From an uncultured Candidatus Saccharibacteria bacterium (GTDB lineage Bacteria > Patescibacteriota > Minisyncoccia > Phycocordibacterales > UBA918): a stretch of DNA of 64,000 nt. Below the pieces are notes generated by a model, which was not told the DNA's origin, did no database searches, and saw only the letters and a list, made by a program, of their open reading frames with translations. Made by a program: the position numbers and the translations under genes. The stretch covers positions 307,558 to 371,557 of the forward strand of contig CAYOAM010000001.1 of assembly GCA_964402035.1 (NCBI GenBank), read 5' to 3'. Positions 29,090 through 38,108 of this stretch are shown piece after piece; within the stretch, counting starts at the first letter, position 1; every line of letters begins with the position of its first letter.

Positions 29090-29521
29090 TTAATCGTGAC
29101 TGTCACCTTTCTTTCTTGCTGCCCCAAGTATTATCATACTTAAACATATTGGGGGAACTAAAATTATCAATAAGTTAATGATCCAATAGTCTGAATTGGG
29201 GAGTTTGATCAGGTCGCCAGAGAAAAACAAAACTGCATATACTGCACTAAAAATAACAATTAAGTTTGAATTTACTTTATTAGGAGCTTCAATCAATGAA
29301 ATTAATTTGAATATTACTAAAAAAATTAACGAACTTACAGATGAGATACAAAAGAATATAAATAGTAAATATGCTGTTAATTTAATTACGTTAGCATCTA
29401 CGACTCCATCTAACATATAAGAATACAAACCCGTATAGTAATGAATTGCCATAAAGACAGGACATGCCACTACCGCAGCGATCCAGCCACCTATAAAAGT
29501 ATTTAATGAATTTTTTCTCAC
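29090..29521 (-). CDS. Putative 4-TM immunity protein for the full-length RHS toxin
   Basis: Starts 17 nt after the RHS stop; very AT-rich; its last codons (KGDSHD*) contain the junction motif GGTGACAGTCACG at 29095-29107. Confidence 0.7.
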   Translation of the reverse strand: MRKNSLNTFIGGWIAAVVACPVFMAIHYYTGLYSYMLDGVVDANVIKLTAYLLFIFFCISSVSSLIFLVIFKLISLIEAPNKVNSNLIVIFSAVYAVLFFSGDLIKLPNSDYWIINLLIILVPPICLSMIILGAARKKGDSHD

Positions 29522-29538
29522 ATTATTTAATGATTAAT

Positions 29539-32500
29539 TTAGTAATCAACATTTACATTGATTGGTTTGTTCCAAGTATTGTTAAACCATTTATGGAACG
29601 AGTTATTATTACTGGTCAAATCAATACATCCTGCCGAACCCGCGGTCCAGCCTCCATGAATATAATATCCAGTATCTCCGCTTGAATTACTTAATTCAGT
29701 CCGTTGGGTTCCCCAAGCGGCAGGACCTCCTGGCCAAGGCCCAATTTTTCCCCCTATGAGTGGTATATTTTGAGTGATTCCGCTTACTAGTGAGCCAGCT
29801 TTCCTTGCACCAGAAACGTCAGCCCAATTCTGTGTTTTGTTAGGGTCGGCACTCCATATTCCCTCTGGAATTGGATCATTCCCACTATTCCCAGAAACCC
29901 CTTCCCAACTAAGCCCAGGCATAGCAATACCGTACGAGGTATCGTATGCAGAGAGAGTCTTATTATCAAAATTTAATTCAAGATTCTGGCCAGGAAGAAT
30001 AATATAATTTCCGGCTTTAATTTTGTCTGGGTTGTTTATTCCATTAGCTTTAGCAATTTGACTGATTCCTAGTGATGTTCCATACTTTTCGTTTATCTGC
30101 TTTTGGATATGCGTAAGTGTATCTCCTTTTTCAATTTCTCCTGAATCAACATTAAATAATCCAAGTGGGTCTATAAATCTGAGAGGGTTATTTCTGCTAT
30201 ATGCATAGTAATTAAATTGTTGAGGGTCGTACAGAAATGTTTCTGGACTCTGCTGACTCACTGGATCCTGCGCAGTGAACCGTCCTGTGCTTCCATCATA
30301 ATACCGTGCCCCCATGTACGTGAGACTTGTCTCTTCGTCATACTGGTGCCCTGTATATCGATTCGTTTGTGTAAAGGAACTGGAGGTTGTGGTACCCACA
30401 AATCGTATCTCATCTAAGTATACCGTCTGGGTGGTAGCAGATTCAATGTTGAGTGCAAGGGTGTTGTTGTATGCACTGATACCAAGGTCTGAGAGTGGTA
30501 TAGATACCTGTTGCCAGGTGTTGGTCTCAAAACCGAGAGGAAGATAGTCTTCAATGACACGATTTTGGATGACTTGACCAAGGTGATTGGTGAAGTATAT
30601 ATCAAGCTCTCCGGTGTTCGTGCCCATATAGAGCCAGAATGAGAGGGTGCTGTATGGAGTGGTGTTGAAGGATGATGGGTGTGTATATGAGATACCTCCC
30701 CATGGAGACGTGTATTGGGCTTTGAGGCTGTGGGTACCTGCCGATACTGGAGTGGTGGCGTTTGAGAGGGTGACACTCCACGAACCTCCATCGGTCCATG
30801 GTGAAGTGAGAGAGTCTGCATAGAGGTATGAAGATGTGGTGGTGTCTCCTCCCCCTTCATCGAGACGTTGGCTGCCGAAGGGATAGTATGCGAGGAGGGT
30901 GGTGAGGTATCCGTCGGTGTCGGTTTGTGCTTGGGTGCTGCCGAGGTGATCGAGGTGAGTGTGGTATGTGCTTGCAGATCCGCCTGTGCCAGAGACTGAT
31001 GCTATGAGGGTGTCACCTGCATAAATATGTTTGGTTGCAGATGAGCCATACTCATAGAGATTTGATGGATAGAATGTCGTGCCAGAAGGACCGGTCTTTT
31101 GCGTACGTTGTCCGGTGTGGTCGTATGCATAGGTGACGGTCGTGCCACTTGATACACTTTGCGTGAGGCGATTTTGGTAGTTCCAGGTGTTCGCAAGACC
31201 TGCGCTAGTTGACGCAAGGTTTCCGTTGGTATCGTATGCATAGGTAACTCCGTTGATACTCGTTGCCGCATGAGGGTTCGCATAATTGCTTCCGGTATTG
31301 CCGCTATAGGTGTATGCACCAACATCTGATTTTGAAGTGATGTTGCCGATAGCGTTGTATACGTATGTCTGCGTGTATGGTGTGCTGCTTGCGCCGGTTG
31401 TCGAGGCACTGGTGAGGCGGTAGAGGTCATCGTATGTGTATGTGGTGGTTGCAGCACCATGGGTATCGGAGCGATCCACGATTTGGGTTATGTTCCCGAC
31501 GGCGTCATAGGTGTATGAGAGATTTTGGACTGTCGCTGCATAGTATGGATACGTGAGTGTCGTTGAAGTACCACTTCCGGTACTTGAAGCAAGTACAAAT
31601 GTGGAAGTTGTGGTACTCCATGCACCTTCTGCATTCCAAATGTCCCAAAACTTGATGCGCCAGTAGAATGTGGTTGACGAAGCAAGTGCTGATCCTGCGT
31701 ATGCGATATCAGGACTGCGGCCACCTTGTGCCGTGGTACTCGATAGCGTTGTTTTTGTTGAATCCCAATATGAGGAGGTGAAAGCGGATGAAGTTGAAAC
31801 TTGTATCTGGTATGAAGCTGCAGTATCGGTTGCATTGCTGTCGTTAAAGATTGCAGAAAACTCAGGGGTGCCATCGGTCACACTCGTCGGATTTGTTTGT
31901 CCTTCGGCAAGGAGAGATGATGGTGCAGTCGGTGCAGAGTTGGTAGCAGATGCAGTATAGGTAGCGTATATAGATACTTTGCGGGCGAAATATGTTGGTG
32001 AAGTTATTGGGTTTGACCAATCAGGATAGGTGATCGATTTAAGCGCGTATTGGTTTGTTGATCCTGTATCCCAATAGACTGTTGCAGAGCTGTCGTGTCC
32101 CTGCCAGAGCCAGTAGGTGGTGCCAGACGCAAGACTATAACTTGGCATGGTCATATCTACCCATGATGCAGTCGTGCCCACCCCACCGGTGACGCTTGAG
32201 GTCGCGAGCGGAGCGTTTGGTGCACCACTCGAATCAGAATAAAGTGCTGCGATTTTGTTCATGGTGCCTGCTGTCGTCTTTTTGGTATACGCAGTTATCT
32301 TGGAGAGCGTACCGTTTTCACTGTTCATAGAAAACTTTGAACCTATGTAGTTCCAGGTGTCAGCATTGGTGCCACCGATCGTACCATAGCCGAAGGTGGG
32401 ATCTACGCGTACCGGATAGGTTGCGGTATCTAGATACTCTTGCGGGACAATCACGCGCAGTGCCCCTTTCTCATACGAGAGTGATCCCCAGACCGCCACA

Positions 32501-35500
32501 CCTTTTGCGTCAACAATCTTCGGGCGGAAAATATGAAAGACTTTTCCCGATTTAAATTCCCCATCTTTCTTTTCTTTGTGGTACACGGCGTATGAACCCA
32601 CAATATTTTCCGGGCGACGTACAACCACGACACCTTCTGCGTCTGTACATGCAGTTTCGGTGCATGAGAGTTTTTCTTCGAAAGTTTCTTCGGTCAGAGG
32701 TGGCTGGTACAAAAAGTCGAGATCGTCGGTTCCTGAAAGTGTAAAGGTGAATGTATTTTTTTGTGGTTTCTCATCGAGGACCACTTCAATCTCAAAACCA
32801 CCCGCCTCCATACCTTCTCGGGGAGCAAGTGGGTACGCCTCAACCGATTCGCTTCCCCCATCCCATTCCACAACGTTTCGTAATGGAGAATAATATGGGA
32901 CCGCAAACGGAAGTTCGTAACGAACAGAAAGATCAACCGCGCCGCTCCAGGTATTTAGGCGTACTTCTGGCAGTGATTTGTCGACGTGCGCAGTGTATGT
33001 ATCAAACCTGGTATCGGCATCAGAGATAAATTGATACGTACGTGCAGTCTCGCGAGGAGTTTTCTGTGAAAGTCCATCTGGTATAAACAGTATTTCTTCC
33101 TTCAGTACCGGCTCGAGTGCTGAGTCTGTCGTCGTCGCCGTGGTGGTTCCCAATAGATCTCTTTGTACGGTTGTAGTGGTGGCAATCTCATTGGCAGTAT
33201 CTTCATGCAGTACGGTGTCGGTTGTAGTAGCATCGAGGACTTCAGGTGTCGTGGTAGGCACTGCTATGGACGGAGACTCTGCGTCGGTGAGGGAGTTTTC
33301 CAACACCTGCATTAAATCTTCAAAGTCAGGTGCGTCAGTGGTGTGTACTGCTTCATTTTCCATCTCAACCGCTCCCATAGTTTCGGTAGCATCAGCTAAG
33401 AGTGCTGCTTCCACACCACGCAGTTCATCTCCGCCTCCCCCTGTAGGTGGAGGCACCGACGTCACGATACTGGAAAGACGATAGAGCGCGTTTGCATCGT
33501 ATGTCTTTGTGGTACTTGCTCCATTGCCACGCTGTTCATAGACCACCAGTCCGGTAGGTGCATAATCAATATCGCTGATAAGTGACTGCCACGACCCACC
33601 GCTCTCTTTTTGCTGTACTTTTTCAAGCTGTCCTGCGCTGTTGTATATATATGCCACGCGTGATAGATCAGGAAAGACAATCTCGGTTTGCTGTCCTTGT
33701 CGATCGTAATCATAGGAAATGACAAAGGTCGAGGTTGCAATGGTCGTTGTCGCAAAATCTGGGAGGCTATTTGGGGTATACGCGTATGAAGTCGTTGCAG
33801 CTCCTAGACTCACTGCTTGGCACAACTGCATTTTGCCATTTGTGCAGGTGTCATAGGTATAGGTTATTTCTGTACCTGTTCCTCCGGTGTAGTTTTCTGT
33901 GAGCGGACGGTTAAGATCGTCGTATGTGCGCACTATCACCTGTCCCTTAGGATCAGTGGTGGTCGCGACATTTCCTGCAGCATCGTATGCAAAACTCCAG
34001 TTGCCAAAGGTGTTATCACTTGCTGCATGGAGATCTTGCATAGTGAGACGACGAGAGAGACCGTCATAGGTAATGGCACGTACATTCCCTAATGCGTCGG
34101 TGATTGTTGCAAGGTTGTCGTTGGTCGTCCACAGATATGCGGTCGCGTACGTACTGGTGCTGTTGTATTCAGTAGTGGTCGAGAGGCGACCAAATGCATC
34201 ATACGAGAACATCTTCTTATTGCCGATCGGATCAAAAACTGTTTCAGACCACTGGTCGTAGACCGTTGCGGTTGTGCCCACAGCAGTTGTGGAAGTTGCC
34301 ATGCGTCCAAGCGCATCATACACATAGGTTGTATACAGATTGCTTTGCGAAGTCGACGCAGTACGTGCAGAGCCAGTATCAAAGTACGGCAATGATTCCT
34401 TTTCCAAGAGTCCATTATTTCCATACACAAGATCACGTACAGCGTACTGATTGGAGTCCTCCGCCTCGACACGTGTCTGCATTTTCCTGCCAAATCCATC
34501 TGCATACTCGTATGTGTCCGTTGTCGTAGCGGTATTTAAATATGACCTTGTGTTAACCGACACCGCACCTTGTGTGTCAGTATAGGTGTATGTGGTTTTA
34601 GTAACTGGTGTTCCGGTCTGTGGGTCGGGAATCTTTTCTTCTTTCGGTCGATCAAATGCATCATAGACGATAACGGATGTACGCCCGTTTGGATCGGTCG
34701 AAGTACTTACCTTTCCACTTGAGTAATCATATGTCTGTATCGTGGTGTACCCCAATGGGTTTGTGGTAGTTGCAGGATACAAATTTAGTGCGTCATAGGT
34801 ATACGATGTAGCCTTATCACGAGCATCTTTATACTGTGTCACTAGCCCGTAACTGTTGTATGTTTTTTCTTCATCAATGTACGTACTGCCACTCACCCAC
34901 GATTCACGCTTGGTGAGATTGCCGTCGGTTACATTACCAAGGCTTTGATTGTCATAATACAAACGATCTTCTTTTATCTTGGTTGCTGCATAGTTGAGCA
35001 ATCGTTGCGATGATGGCAACCCTACGATGTACGCTGTGGTATTTGTGGCATAGGTATAGGCGACCGTGCGCTTGTCCGTATCTGAGTCAACATAGGTACC
35101 ATCCATAGAGGCATCTACACTTCCCCACTCAGTAATCGATGTTGTATTTCCATAGCTGTCATATGTAAATGACTTAGCCAGATCACGATGATCGCCATCA
35201 CCATCGTATGAAAGCACCACCTCACTAAGCGGAGAGACAAAAGTTGCATTATCGCCTCGATCAGCCTCAAGCCAATTGGTCCATTGAATATTGTATAGAT
35301 TGTTCGTACGATCAAATAAGTCAACGCGATATGATAGACCGATACGCGCAATGGCGTCTCCAGACTCATTACTGCTGGTACTATTGCCGTTCCCTTGGTG
35401 CTGATAGGTAACGGACCGCGAGAGTCCACTATTCTTCTCAACCGCACCAAAGCCAGCAAATTTTCTGTCGCGCGGACTGCTTGAGGAAAAATAAAAATCA

Positions 35501-37995
35501 CCGTCCTTATATGAGTACGTATCTGTCCATGATTCCCCAACTATCGGCTTATATGTGGTGGTCGCTACCGTCTGTAGCAACATCGGTAGGTGTGGGTTTG
35601 CAACAGAAGACGTACTTAGTCGATACTCTGGACTACCTTTGTACTCAAAATGTACCTCTCCACCTCTCTTATCAGTGGCGGTAGCAAGCATATCGGACAC
35701 CATACCACTGCCTATGTATACTGTATTCTCTAAGTAAGCATCGTAATGATCTTTGCGACTCACTAATATATCAGTGACACCGTCTCCATTTGTATCAGCA
35801 AGCCGTGCTCCACTATCATGTGCGTTTTCTCGCACAAACGGGACAGGAATTGAATACGTAAGATCTTCAGTCCAGCCATTACCTCTGTGTAGATACACCT
35901 TATTAATCACGGTACTACCATAGTGATCTGTTCTATATATAAGAATATCAACAAGACCATCACCATTTACATCTCCTAATCGTGAGCCAGAATCAATACT
36001 GTTTTCATATACAAATGGAACTGGGATCGTCCATGATGTATCCTGTGTCCAACCTGAACCGGTATTAAAATATACCTTGTTGGCCAATGTGCTTCCATTG
36101 TGATCAGTTCGGAAAATCAGGATGTCCGTGAGACCATCGCCATTAACATCAGCGAGACGCGCACCTGAATCACTTGTATTTGAATAAATAAATGGCTCTG
36201 GTAACACCCATGAAGCATTCAGACTCCATCCAGAACCGGTATTGAGATATACTTTGTTTACAAGAGTGGATCCATTGTGATCTGTGCGATACATTAAAAT
36301 ATCAGTGAGCCCATCTCCATTGGCGTCTGCGAGACGCGCACCAAGATCATATGGACCTTCTTGAAATATTTCTGGGATTATCCAAGACATATCTAAATTC
36401 CAGCTATCACCATCATTGATGTATACATTTTTGTACTCGGTCGCAGGAGACCCAAGAATTTTAAAACTTTGGAGAAGGTCAGCAAGACCATCACCATTTA
36501 CATCAACCAAATTAAATCCTTTGTCCTCACCATTTTCATAGAACAGCTCTGGCACAATAAATGTTGAGCTTGCAATCCAATCTGCTCCTGTGTTTAGGTA
36601 AACACCCTGTTGGGTGGAGCCTCCAGCCCCTGCCTCTTCGTAGCTCTGGACGATGTCAAGTAATGCATCACCGTTAACGTCAGCAAGGTAGGAACCTGCG
36701 CTGTACGTGTTATTTCTTACAAATGGCGCTGGTACTGTAGTAGAAGCTTGTACCCATGCATTACTAGATGTGCTATACGTAAAAGAGGTGTCAGGTAGCG
36801 TAGAGGAAGCAGCACTATTTAGACCAATTTCTGTTATTGTTTTTAGCAAAGAACGCCTATCATTATTTGCTGCACTATAGCTCAAATTGTATTCATGCAC
36901 TTTTGTACCACTTATAAATGTCTGTATTTTATCGACACGATACGTAGTATCAATCGGAAACTTCGAAACATGCGAGCGTGTCAAGTCGTCACGAGTTTCT
37001 CTCACAAAACGTATTTCAAAAGGACCGTCAGTGGTCCCACTGCCTGTGTAAACGATAGTGTCGGGATATATCTGACCTGCTTCCTTGTGGTACGAGTACT
37101 TGATGTAATTATCATTGGTGTCACGGATTTCTGAAACCATCCATGCGTAAACCTCACTTGTTGAGGAAGCGTTATCTTTTCGTGCATTGGTAGTGCTGCC
37201 GAAAGTGTAGACCAACCCTTGCTTGTCGGTTGCCATCCATACATTGTTGGTATACACATATTTCAAAAAGGATCCCGCATCTACCTTAGGACGATATTCA
37301 GTAGTAGACCCTACTTGAACAAGTTCACTGGAGAATGAAGAATAAAATGTTGAACTAGTACTTACGTATAGATTTTCTACGCCATGTTTGTTAAGTCGTT
37401 TTATAAACGGTATATCAATACTCCATCCAAATCCCACCCAATCAAACTCAGAAACAGCGGCACTATTGTATGAGAGGTGTATTGCAGGCGTACGATCATT
37501 TCTTCCCGGGGGAAAGGACAATGGGTATTCAAATGACAGAGATCCATCGAGCGGACTAACTAGTAGCAGATCTGTCACGAAACTACGAGTATTGCTCATT
37601 CCCTGACTTTCACTACCAGCCTCTCCACTACCCATGGCTAACGACTGTGTAATTGGCGGTTCATCTCCTATCGTTTCCACTCCATCTGATACTGAAATCT
37701 CGCTATCACCAACAGTAGAATCAGTAGCTTTCTTTGTTTTCGTTGCATCTGGCACAAGCGCTTTTACTTCGCCTGATTGAAGCAACACAGTTTCAGTCTG
37801 CGAGTTGGCTACTACTCCTGTAGCGCCACCCGCAAGAGAAGTTTGCTGTTCAGTCACTGCTATCTGTTCATCTGCAAAGACATGCACCAATGGTTGAGTC
37901 AACAAAAAAACCGCGAGGGTAAAACTCGCGGTTTTTTTCGACAAAGCAAATACAGTATTTCTTAAGAAAAGACGCCCTAAACGTCTACGATGCAT
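29539..37995 (-). CDS. Giant secreted SpvB/FG-GAP/RHS (TcB-TcC-like fused) polymorphic toxin with LysM + L,D-transpeptidase-like (Tlde1/DUF2778-like) tip
   Basis: Signal peptide (VFA|DEQ); PPGRN...GFGWS (SpvB); DVNGDGLxD repeats; FAGFG; YD repeats; DHLGS/YYPFG/RYTG core; NPLRFIDPLGL; tip IEKGDTL...INNPDKIKAG and YIHGG...SAGCIDL. Confidence 0.93.
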   Translation of the reverse strand: MHRRRLGRLFLRNTVFALSKKTASFTLAVFLLTQPLVHVFADEQIAVTEQQTSLAGGATGVVANSQTETVLLQSGEVKALVPDATKTKKATDSTVGDSEISVSDGVETIGDEPPITQSLAMGSGEAGSESQGMSNTRSFVTDLLLVSPLDGSLSFEYPLSFPPGRNDRTPAIHLSYNSAAVSEFDWVGFGWSIDIPFIKRLNKHGVENLYVSTSSTFYSSFSSELVQVGSTTEYRPKVDAGSFLKYVYTNNVWMATDKQGLVYTFGSTTNARKDNASSTSEVYAWMVSEIRDTNDNYIKYSYHKEAGQIYPDTIVYTGSGTTDGPFEIRFVRETRDDLTRSHVSKFPIDTTYRVDKIQTFISGTKVHEYNLSYSAANNDRRSLLKTITEIGLNSAASSTLPDTSFTYSTSSNAWVQASTTVPAPFVRNNTYSAGSYLADVNGDALLDIVQSYEEAGAGGSTQQGVYLNTGADWIASSTFIVPELFYENGEDKGFNLVDVNGDGLADLLQSFKILGSPATEYKNVYINDGDSWNLDMSWIIPEIFQEGPYDLGARLADANGDGLTDILMYRTDHNGSTLVNKVYLNTGSGWSLNASWVLPEPFIYSNTSDSGARLADVNGDGLTDILIFRTDHNGSTLANKVYFNTGSGWTQDTSWTIPVPFVYENSIDSGSRLGDVNGDGLVDILIYRTDHYGSTVINKVYLHRGNGWTEDLTYSIPVPFVRENAHDSGARLADTNGDGVTDILVSRKDHYDAYLENTVYIGSGMVSDMLATATDKRGGEVHFEYKGSPEYRLSTSSVANPHLPMLLQTVATTTYKPIVGESWTDTYSYKDGDFYFSSSSPRDRKFAGFGAVEKNSGLSRSVTYQHQGNGNSTSSNESGDAIARIGLSYRVDLFDRTNNLYNIQWTNWLEADRGDNATFVSPLSEVVLSYDGDGDHRDLAKSFTYDSYGNTTSITEWGSVDASMDGTYVDSDTDKRTVAYTYATNTTAYIVGLPSSQRLLNYAATKIKEDRLYYDNQSLGNVTDGNLTKRESWVSGSTYIDEEKTYNSYGLVTQYKDARDKATSYTYDALNLYPATTTNPLGYTTIQTYDYSSGKVSTSTDPNGRTSVIVYDAFDRPKEEKIPDPQTGTPVTKTTYTYTDTQGAVSVNTRSYLNTATTTDTYEYADGFGRKMQTRVEAEDSNQYAVRDLVYGNNGLLEKESLPYFDTGSARTASTSQSNLYTTYVYDALGRMATSTTAVGTTATVYDQWSETVFDPIGNKKMFSYDAFGRLSTTTEYNSTSTYATAYLWTTNDNLATITDALGNVRAITYDGLSRRLTMQDLHAASDNTFGNWSFAYDAAGNVATTTDPKGQVIVRTYDDLNRPLTENYTGGTGTEITYTYDTCTNGKMQLCQAVSLGAATTSYAYTPNSLPDFATTTIATSTFVISYDYDRQGQQTEIVFPDLSRVAYIYNSAGQLEKVQQKESGGSWQSLISDIDYAPTGLVVYEQRGNGASTTKTYDANALYRLSSIVTSVPPPTGGGGDELRGVEAALLADATETMGAVEMENEAVHTTDAPDFEDLMQVLENSLTDAESPSIAVPTTTPEVLDATTTDTVLHEDTANEIATTTTVQRDLLGTTTATTTDSALEPVLKEEILFIPDGLSQKTPRETARTYQFISDADTRFDTYTAHVDKSLPEVRLNTWSGAVDLSVRYELPFAVPYYSPLRNVVEWDGGSESVEAYPLAPREGMEAGGFEIEVVLDEKPQKNTFTFTLSGTDDLDFLYQPPLTEETFEEKLSCTETACTDAEGVVVVRRPENIVGSYAVYHKEKKDGEFKSGKVFHIFRPKIVDAKGVAVWGSLSYEKGALRVIVPQEYLDTATYPVRVDPTFGYGTIGGTNADTWNYIGSKFSMNSENGTLSKITAYTKKTTAGTMNKIAALYSDSSGAPNAPLATSSVTGGVGTTASWVDMTMPSYSLASGTTYWLWQGHDSSATVYWDTGSTNQYALKSITYPDWSNPITSPTYFARKVSIYATYTASATNSAPTAPSSLLAEGQTNPTSVTDGTPEFSAIFNDSNATDTAASYQIQVSTSSAFTSSYWDSTKTTLSSTTAQGGRSPDIAYAGSALASSTTFYWRIKFWDIWNAEGAWSTTTSTFVLASSTGSGTSTTLTYPYYAATVQNLSYTYDAVGNITQIVDRSDTHGAATTTYTYDDLYRLTSASTTGASSTPYTQTYVYNAIGNITSKSDVGAYTYSGNTGSNYANPHAATSINGVTYAYDTNGNLASTSAGLANTWNYQNRLTQSVSSGTTVTYAYDHTGQRTQKTGPSGTTFYPSNLYEYGSSATKHIYAGDTLIASVSGTGGSASTYHTHLDHLGSTQAQTDTDGYLTTLLAYYPFGSQRLDEGGGDTTTSSYLYADSLTSPWTDGGSWSVTLSNATTPVSAGTHSLKAQYTSPWGGISYTHPSSFNTTPYSTLSFWLYMGTNTGELDIYFTNHLGQVIQNRVIEDYLPLGFETNTWQQVSIPLSDLGISAYNNTLALNIESATTQTVYLDEIRFVGTTTSSSFTQTNRYTGHQYDEETSLTYMGARYYDGSTGRFTAQDPVSQQSPETFLYDPQQFNYYAYSRNNPLRFIDPLGLFNVDSGEIEKGDTLTHIQKQINEKYGTSLGISQIAKANGINNPDKIKAGNYIILPGQNLELNFDNKTLSAYDTSYGIAMPGLSWEGVSGNSGNDPIPEGIWSADPNKTQNWADVSGARKAGSLVSGITQNIPLIGGKIGPWPGGPAAWGTQRTELSNSSGDTGYYIHGGWTAGSAGCIDLTSNNNSFHKWFNNTWNKPINVNVDY
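35690..36700 (-). repeat. Tandem FG-GAP/VCBS-like ~59-aa coding repeats inside the RHS gene
   Basis: Repeated GARLADxNGDGLTDIL..RTDH.GST..NKVY.N.GSGW units. Confidence 0.85.
37904..37938 (-). terminator. Intrinsic-terminator-like hairpin inside the RHS signal-peptide coding region
   Basis: Sense strand AAAAAAACCGCGAG-TTTTACC-CTCGCGGTTTTTTT. Confidence 0.5.
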
Positions 37996-38108
37996 GATTA
38001 TTTCATAATATCAGACCTACCATGACTTTATTGAATTTATCCACATACGGTATACTATATACACATGATGCTTATTCATGACATAGTTACAACCGTTAAA
38101 ATTTATTT

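Noticed and set aside
22345-29110. CRISPR array or classical integron
   Set aside because: Motif copies are short, degenerate and irregularly spaced; there are no cas genes, no tyrosine-recombinase integrase and no recognisable attC structure.
23775-31020. Diversity-generating retroelement (template/variable repeats) as the source of near-identical repeats
   Set aside because: No reverse transcriptase in the window, and the differences between copies are block-like and not adenine-specific; orphan RHS cassettes explain them.
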